Assembly (NCBI GenBank): GCA_038496445.1
Contig: JALMLS010000525.1
Coordinates: 186,001 to 250,000 of the forward strand
Direction of reading: 5' to 3'
DNA: 64,000 nt
Source: Trichosphaerium sp. ATCC 40318
Lineage: Eukaryota > Protista > Tubulinea
Position 1 is the stretch's first letter; every line of letters begins with the position of its first letter. The notes beneath the pieces are model-generated. The model ran no database searches and was not told the origin of the DNA. It saw only the letters and a program-made list of their open reading frames with translations. This document shows positions 56,211-64,000 of this stretch, in pieces. A program made the position numbers and the translations under genes.

Positions 56211-58815
56211 TTATTTATATACATTATCCATAGTAACTACTCCTACATACAATAAATCAGTCTGTACATGGAGATTTTAAAAACTTACCTTTATTGGCCA
56301 TCATTTGATTGAAGTTATTGATTTCTTCATTGTGATTTGTACTTTGATCGGAATAAGAAGGAACATAATAAGGAAGAGATTTACAACAACAACAATTAAT
56401 GTTAGAAATACTGTAATCGTCTTCTATTTGATTAAAATGTAATCTTTCCTTACGAAATCTGGCAAAATCTTTACCATGCCATTTTGTTATGCCATGAAAA
56501 TACCATTTTGTGATAACCCCTAAAGGTTTTTGACCTAAATTGTAAGTAAGTTGGAGTAGTATATATGTACTTACTTGGTAAATGAGAAAATGCTTTGACA
56601 TGGGCATCGTTATAATTAATTATTGGACATGGAGTTATAAAAAATGTACTTCCTTCATTTGAATCGTTTCCCTTCCAGTTTTTTTGTAAGAAAAGAGACT
56701 GAGTCAGTATTGTTTTGGCATGAGTTAAAGTGTTAGGATCTTCTGGCATTTCAATAAAAGCCCAAGAGTCATGTACAAATCTGTAAGAAAATAAATTATT
56801 ATTAAATGGAAAATAACATTTGTTGATCGTACTCATAAGAAACAAATCTATTCTTAAGCACAACCTTTGCTCCAACAACTACACTTCCTTGGAAAGTTTT
56901 ACATTCTTGAGAAATCAAATTCATTAATTGCAAGCTAATCACGATTAGTAATTTCAAAAATTGATTTTTTTACCCATAATTATTGTAGATAATTAAATCT
57001 CCTTCATGTATTGACTGTTGATTAGTTTGTGGGTTAACTGCAAAAGCAGCACGGATAAGTAAGTGTTTGTTTGCTTGGGTTAAAGGATCATTTAAATCCA
57101 AATACAAGGCATGCTTCCAAACAAAGTTTCTTTTATAAGGATTGTCCCATCGTAATAAATTTTTCCTTAATAATTTCATTTTTTGTTGTACCACTGATGA
57201 TATTTCTTCCTCTGGTTGCAATTGACGAAGAATGACACTGTAGAAGCCTTTATGCTGGTTGTTTTTAAATTGTACCCTTGCTCTATGTCTTATCGTTGAA
57301 GGCATGCCACCATGCAATGCCCAAGCAAAACTAATTCCATCTATTTGTACTGTTTTTTTTCTGGCTATTAAAAAAAATTGAACAATAAAAAAAATGTACA
57401 TGCCATTACTTACCAATATCAGATAATTCAATCGTTTTAAAACAATCCACATGATTTACATCATTTTTATCAGCAGGAAAACCAATTATTGTGATACCAG
57501 CAGTTGGATGTGCATGGCCTCCATCGGTGTGCCATCCCAAAGTGTTACTTTGTGTGTAATACTGTAAAAAAAATTACAAAAATATCAAAAATCGTAAAGA
57601 AATACCTTTATCTCTATGCTGTAATATTTAGAGTCATATTCTGTTTTAGTTTTACTGTGACCCCATAATAGAAAGTGTAGTTTATATAAACGGTGCAAAA
57701 TAGTATTGTCAGTGGCAGATAAAGGGTTAGGAGGATGACAATGATTATTGCCATAAAGAATTGGATTATCAGTATCGTAAGGAGACAACCAAGGACCAGC
57801 TCCAAAAAAAGCTGCAGCATGTTTTGTCATGTAATTACATGTTAATAGATCAGTTGCTTTGCTTGCACGATACTAAATTCAAGTTAATACTTGTAAGAAA
57901 GAAATATGTACCATGTAATGTAATTTATCTTTATGTAATTCAATAAATTGTCTTAAATCGTTTATTGTGTTTGCCATATACTGAGACTCATTCTTAATAA
58001 CATATAGATTAGTTGTAACTCCATCTTTGTCCAGTTTATGATATTTAAGATGTATATCACATTCAGCTGTAGTCAGCTAAAGGTTTTGTAAGCACTTAAA
58101 ACAAAAAAAAAAGTACCTTATCTGATTTAAATGTACGATTTCTTGAGTCATCAAAATGAATCGTAGGAATGTTGGATTTTGCTCTTTTTTTAATTTGTTT
58201 ATGATAGCCATCCTTGAACACTTCTTCAGGATAGTCTGATCCTATATAAATGGTTTACAAATAAATGGTTGCAAAATGTCATTACTTACTTCCTGTTGTT
58301 ATTGAATCGTAAGCCAACCGGATTTGTTTAACACTAGGAGCTTTATTTAAAGCTGATTTACTAGTGTGTTGATTTGTTACACTATCATATAAGGCTATAT
58401 TACCAGCCACTTCATATAAGTGTTGTATAGAGCATTTTTCTCTACTACATAACTTGAACAAAAAATGTAAATATCGTAATAAGAATTCTGGATAATGTAC
58501 CTCAACAATGACTTTTTGAGCAGCTTTTGATAACTGTTGTTGTGTAGGACGATGTATAGTTTTGATTTTATTCAATATGACATCTCTTTGTGGTTTTTGG
58601 ACTTCTAATTTTATCTTAAAGTCTTCAGATGAATCTTTTTGTAAACCCATGCCATTGTTGTATTTGTATAATGTGAGTACTGCATCGTATATGGCCTTTG
58701 TATATTCCTTTCTAAGTGTCTTATTTATATCTATTGTAGTTTTGTTTACTACAGCTATCTAAATTCGAATTAGCCATTGACAAGTAAAAAATTAAACATA
58801 TCAAACAAAACTCAT
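56211..58815 (-). CDS. AlkB-like 2OG-Fe(II) dioxygenase domain protein with a possible C-terminal SRA-like domain
   Basis: Eleven exons splice in frame. Core: YSIEIK|YYTQSNTLGWHTDGG (HxD at 57523-57531)...AGITIIG...FAWALHGG..TIRHRA (distal His 57285-57287)...FYSVILR (Arg 57225-57227). The HxD exon is not in the ORF track. Confidence 0.72.
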
Positions 58816-58899
58816 TGTTGGACATTGAACAGCATGGCCAATCGCAATATAACCCACTGACAGCATATGAAGTGCAACATAATTGATAACAACATGTCT

Positions 58900-61790
58900 G
58901 ATGGCAGCATAACAACCAGCACAATTGACATGGTCAACACGATTGTAACAAGCTGACACGATTGACATAGCCAACATGATTGACGATTGCAGCATAGCCA
59001 ACACGATTGACATGGCCAACACGATTGACATAGCCGACACGAGCCGACACGAGCCGACACGAGCAGCATAGCCAACACGATTGACATAGCTGACACGATC
59101 GCAGCATAACCAACACGATTGACATAGCTGGCACGATCGCAGCATAGTCAACACAATTGACATAGCTGACACGATCGCAGCATAACCAACACGATCAGCA
59201 ACGATTGCAGCATAGCCAACACGATCAACATAGCCGACACGATCAACATAGTCAACATGATTGACATGGCCAACACGATTGACATAGCTGACACGATCAG
59301 CATAGCCAACACGATTGACATAGCTGACACGATCGCAGCATAACCAACATGGTCAGCAACGATTGCAGCATAGCCAACACGATCAACATAGCCGACACGA
59401 TTGACATAGCTGACACGATCGCAGCATAACCAACACGATTGACATGGCCAACACGATTGACATAGCCGACACGATCAGCATAGCCAACACGATTGACATA
59501 GCTGACACGATCGCAGCATAACCAACATGATTGACATAGCTGACACGATCACAGCATAGCCAACATGATTGACGATTGCAGCATAGCCGACACGATTGAC
59601 ATAGCTGACACGATACAGCACAGCTGACATGATTGCAGCATAACTGCCATGATTAAAGCATAGCTGACACAGTACAGCACAATCGACACGATCACTGCAG
59701 CATAACCAATACGACTGCCACAGCATAGCCGATACAATACAGCACAGCCAACACGATACAGCACAACCGACACGATCACTACAGCATAGCCTATACGATC
59801 ACTGTGGCATAGCCAATATCAATTACAGCATAATCGATGCGATAACTGCAGCATAGCTGGTACAATCACCGCAGCATAGCCGATACGATCACCACAGCAT
59901 AGCTGATACGATCGCTGCAGCATAGCCGATACGATCACCACAGCATAGCTGACACAATCACTGCAGCATAGCCGATACGATCACCACAGCATAGCTGACA
60001 CAATCACTGCAGCATAGCTGATACGATCACTGCAGCATAGCCGATACGATCACTGCAGCATAGCTGACACAATCACTGCAGCATAGCTGATATGATCACT
60101 GCAGCATAGCCGATACGATCACTGCAGCATAGCCGATACGATCACCACAGCATAGCTGACACAATCACTGCAGCATAGCTGATACGATCACTGCAGCATA
60201 GCCGATACGATCACCACAGTATAGCCGATACGATCGCTGCAGCATAGCCGATACGATCACCACAGCATAGCCGATACGATCACCACAGCATAGCCGATAC
60301 GATCGCTGCAGCATAGCCGATACGATCACCACAGCATAGCTGATACGATCGCCGCAGCATAGCCGATACGATCACCACAGCATAGCTGCACAATCACTGC
60401 AGCATAGCCGATACGATCACCACAGCATAGCCAATACGATCACTGCAGCATAGCCGATACGATCACTGCAGCATAACTGACACAATCGCTGCAGCATAGC
60501 CGATACGATCGCTGCAGCATAGCTGACACGATCGCCACAACATAGCCAATACAGCATAGCCAATGCAGCATAGCTGGTACGATCACTAGTACTACGCAAC
60601 ATAGCTGACACAGCATAGCCAACAAGATCGCCAACGATGCGCAGCATAGCTGATACACAGCATAGCCAACACGATCGCCAAACAATACATAGCATAGCCA
60701 ATACACCATAGCCAACAAGATCGCGACGCAATCGCTAGCCGATACACAGCATAGCTGATACAGCAAAGCCGACACGATTGCCAACCGATACGCAGTATAG
60801 CTGATACACCAAAGCCGACACGATCGCTAACCTATACACAGCATAGCCGACACGATCGCTAACCGATACACAGCATAGCCGATACAGCAAAGCCAACACG
60901 ATCTAACCGATACGCAGCAAAGCCGACATGATCACCAGCCAATACGCAGCAGAGCCGACACGATCGCTAACCGATACACAGCAGAGCCGAAACGATCGCT
61001 AAAACCGATACGCAGCATAGCAATACAGCAAAGCCGACACGATCGCTAGCCAATACGCAGCAGAGCTGAAACGATCACTAACCGATACGCAGCATAGCGA
61101 TACAGCAAAGCCGACACGATCACCAGCTGACACGCAGCAAAGCCGACGCGATCGCTAACCGATACGCAGCATAGCCAATACAACAAAGCCGACGTGATCG
61201 CCAGCCGATACGCAGCAGAGCCGACGCGATCGCTAACCGATACGCAGCATAGCCAATACAGCAAAGCCGACGCGATCGCCAGCCGATACGCAGCAAAGCC
61301 GACACGATCGCTAACCGATACACAGCAAAGCCGACGCGATCGCTAACCGATACGCAGCATAGCCGATACAGCAAAGCCAACGTGATCGCCAGCCGATACG
61401 CAGCATAGCCGACGCGATCGCTAACCGATACGCAGCATAGCCGATACAGCAAAGCCGACGCGATCGCCAGCCGATACGCAGCATAGCCGACACGATCGCT
61501 AACCGATACGCAGCCGACACGCAGCATAGCCGACGCGATCGCCAGCCGACACGCAGCATAGCCGACGCGATCGCTAACCGATACGCAGCATAGCCGACGC
61601 GATCGCCAGCCGACACGCAGCATAGCCAATACAGCAAAGCCGACGCGATCGCCAGCCGACACGCAGCATAGCTGACGCGATCGCTAACCAATACGCAGCA
61701 TAGCCGTAACGATAGCCGATAGACGATGCAGTAGCCAATACGATACACCTAGCTGATACAACACACCAATAGAGCCGATAGCCATCGTTT
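58900..61790. repeat. 2.9-kb compound tandem array built on GCAGCATAGCCGA(T/C)ACGATC
   Basis: Three sub-arrays: 18-20-bp units (~58930-59620), 23-bp ACTGCAGCATAGCCGATACGATC (~59850-60540), and 32/47-bp GCAGCATAGCCGACGCGATCGCTAACCGATAC (~60700-61700). Confidence 0.95.
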
Positions 61791-62259
61791 AGAGCATAAT
61801 AGGTCAAAAATTCGTCAAAACATAAAACGAAGGCCTAAATAACAATAAATAGAGACATACCTCCTGTTTTAGCTTCAATTTGATCTCAAGTTCGTCTTTT
61901 GTTGTTTTTTGCCTTTTGGCTCTCTAAAGCCATATTTAATTACGAAACTACTTTAAATAGATAGAAAAGGTACAACAGAAGTATTGGGATCATTTATACT
62001 CCTCTTTGCCATCGTACAAGTGAGTTATTCGCAATTTAAGCAAAATTCAGAGAATTGTTGTTTTTTTACCTTTTTTAGAATTTCTTAGCTTAAATCGCAC
62101 AGAAACAAAAAAAAACCACAAAACCAACATACCAGTAATAATATCTTTGTTTTAGAGACATCTTTTCATCATTACTTAATTACTTGAGATTTGGATTAAG
62201 GCATGATTTTATCAACAATTTTTTTTGGTCTCATCGTCATTTATTATTAGATTATTACC

Positions 62260-64000
62260 ATGGCTTCTACCTATAAAAGATGTGTTTCTTGCAATATAGA
62301 AATTTCAGCTAGTAACTTTGCTAGACATCTTGCTTCTAAACAACATATTCAAAATATAACTTGGATTACACAAAAAGAGGTACCTACGATACCTTCTCCA
62401 AAACGATTCAAGTCAAACAACCATAAATCTGACTCAATTACTTCTCAACAATTTGCTTCATCTGCTGAAACTTTACAACCTGTTAATCATTCTTTCCAAT
62501 TCTCACAATTATTACAACAAAATTTGACACAATTACAACATCAATCGTTACAACCATCTCAACAACCTTCACAACAACCTTTGATTGAACTCCATTCTTC
62601 CATCACACCAGCCACATCAATTGATGTACTTAATGAAACAGTTCCAGTAGAACAACAATTGCAGTACATTAACGATCAACAGCTTACTCCTTTACAACAA
62701 GTAAAATATTTATTGGTTGCTTTACAACACGATAAAAAGCTATCACAAGTCCATATACAAACAATGATACAATTTTTTAACCTTGCACGCTGTATTTTAA
62801 AAAAGGACAAACAACCAATACCTTTAAACATCAAAACTTTCCAACAACAGCTACCACAAGTACTTTATCAAATAATTTAATTATTATACTTACATTATTG
62901 TAGTTTAATGTAAAGATAGCCACGAAATTATTGGATGTACAATACAAAGCATATAATCAATTCCATTCTATGTCTGTTCCCTATGTATCAGTTAAAGAAT
63001 ATATACGTTGGTACATGTATTCTTTGCCTACATTGGATTTAATCATTCCTAAAAAAGTACCTTTTAATGGATATTATTCTGGTATTGAAACTGGAGCGAA
63101 ATATGCTGCCCTATTTGAAGATGTTACAGACAATGATGCAATATGCTTAGCAGGTTATTAATTATTAATATTACCATGGTTATTAACTATTCATAGTGTA
63201 CATAGCATGGGATGACTTTACCTTTGATAAAAAAGATTCTTTTGGACCAGTTTATATGTGTGTGTGGAACTTACGATTAACAAAAGCTGATGAAGATCCC
63301 ATACAAGTTGTATTGACTATATTACCTAAAGGTACTTTGTGTGTACATAACTTTTATGCTAAGAAGATATTAGGAGTTATAATAGAAAGTGTTATTGCAG
63401 AATTGGTTGAAAATTTCAAAGAACTGTGGCATGGATTTGATTGTTTCGTAACTGCAAAGAATAAGGTTCTCACTTTCAATTAATCAAAAATCTTTAATAT
63501 TTTATCAGCATTGCAAAGTGTATGTACGTTGGACAATGATGCTGGGAGATAGTGTTGGTTCCAACAGGTTTATATGTAAGAACTTTGTAATTCATTATTT
63601 GTTTAATATATTATGTAGCAATGGCAGCTCCAACAAACAAAAGAGCATGCAGACTTTGTACACAAAGACGTGGTCAATTTCATATTGACAATGTACATTT
63701 ACGAAAACTAAGAAGAGCAGCTTCTATTGAAACAGTTGTTGGAAAAGTAAGTGTATTTACTTATAAGTTGTTGATTTGATTTATTGTTAGTCAAATTACC
63801 CTGAACTTAGTGACAATTTAAAAAACAGCTATGGCATGAAAAGAAAAAGTCCTTTATTCGGCTTAATGCCATATAAATTTAATTTATTTTGGGATACTCC
63901 TTATTGTCCTTTCCACAACATGTTTTTGGGAATATTTAAAATATTACTATCTGCTACAGTTACATGGATGCAAATACAACCATGGACTCCTGAAGTTGGT
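62260..64000 (+). CDS. CMC/EnSpm-type DDE transposase with N-terminal zinc finger (3' truncated by the window)
   Basis: Zn finger CVSC..RHLASKQH; Q-rich linker; YIAWDDF (first Asp); VYMCVWNL; LGDSVGSN (second Asp); ACRLC; YG..RKSPL; DTPYCPFHNMFLG matching the (C/D)xxH motif of CMC transposases. Short in-frame introns. Confidence 0.8.

Larger units (their letters stand above)
53228..64000. mobile_element. Large CMC/EnSpm (CACTA)-like DNA transposon with cargo genes; right end outside the window
   Basis: Subterminal-type repeat array, uniform AT-rich and CpG-skewed composition, internal tandem array, and a CMC-type transposase. The left terminus is approximate. That all parts form one element is inferred. 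Confidence 0.7.

Noticed and set aside
58900-61790. CRISPR-like appearance of the arrays
   Set aside because: No unique spacers, no cas genes, and a eukaryotic spliced-gene context.
58721-61807. Many Cys/Ala/Val-rich minus-strand ORFs
   Set aside because: They are translations of the tandem array in overlapping frames. Only the final ATG-AGT-TTT at 58815 is used in my gene model.

Overview
Eukaryotic nuclear DNA from a compact, intron-rich protist: mostly 40-60 nt introns, standard code, gene set suggestive of an amoeba, taxon not determinable. Positions 1-52.7 kb are tightly packed host genes: a putative mitochondrial protein, F-box/LRR, a UBL-UBL-vWA-Rac fusion, cullin-3, COX16-like, class II PRPP synthetase, SAICAR synthetase, VPS13, a 3x saposin protein, PFK-2/FBPase-2, a degenerate aryl-CoA-ligase-like protein, CHMP2, BUD13, PDXK, CAPZB, HIBCH, an ARM-TKL kinase, HAUS2-like, a CaM-like EF-hand protein, CSN5, SYF2 and a Topors-like RING protein. 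From ~52.4 kb the DNA becomes AT-rich and CpG-poor. From ~53.2 kb to the window end lies what appears to be one large (>10.7 kb, truncated) CMC/EnSpm(CACTA)-type DNA transposon. It has a subterminal repeat array, two spliced cargo genes, a 2.9-kb internal tandem array and a transposase. One cargo gene encodes an AlkB-like 2OG-Fe(II) dioxygenase domain followed by a possible SRA-like domain. In the cargo-gene region nearly all surviving CpGs sit in ATCG/CGAT context, the same motif that fills the internal array. This is the best candidate for an undescribed transposon-borne DNA-modification or anti-silencing system. All gene models were spliced by eye and family calls come from recalled motifs, not database searches.
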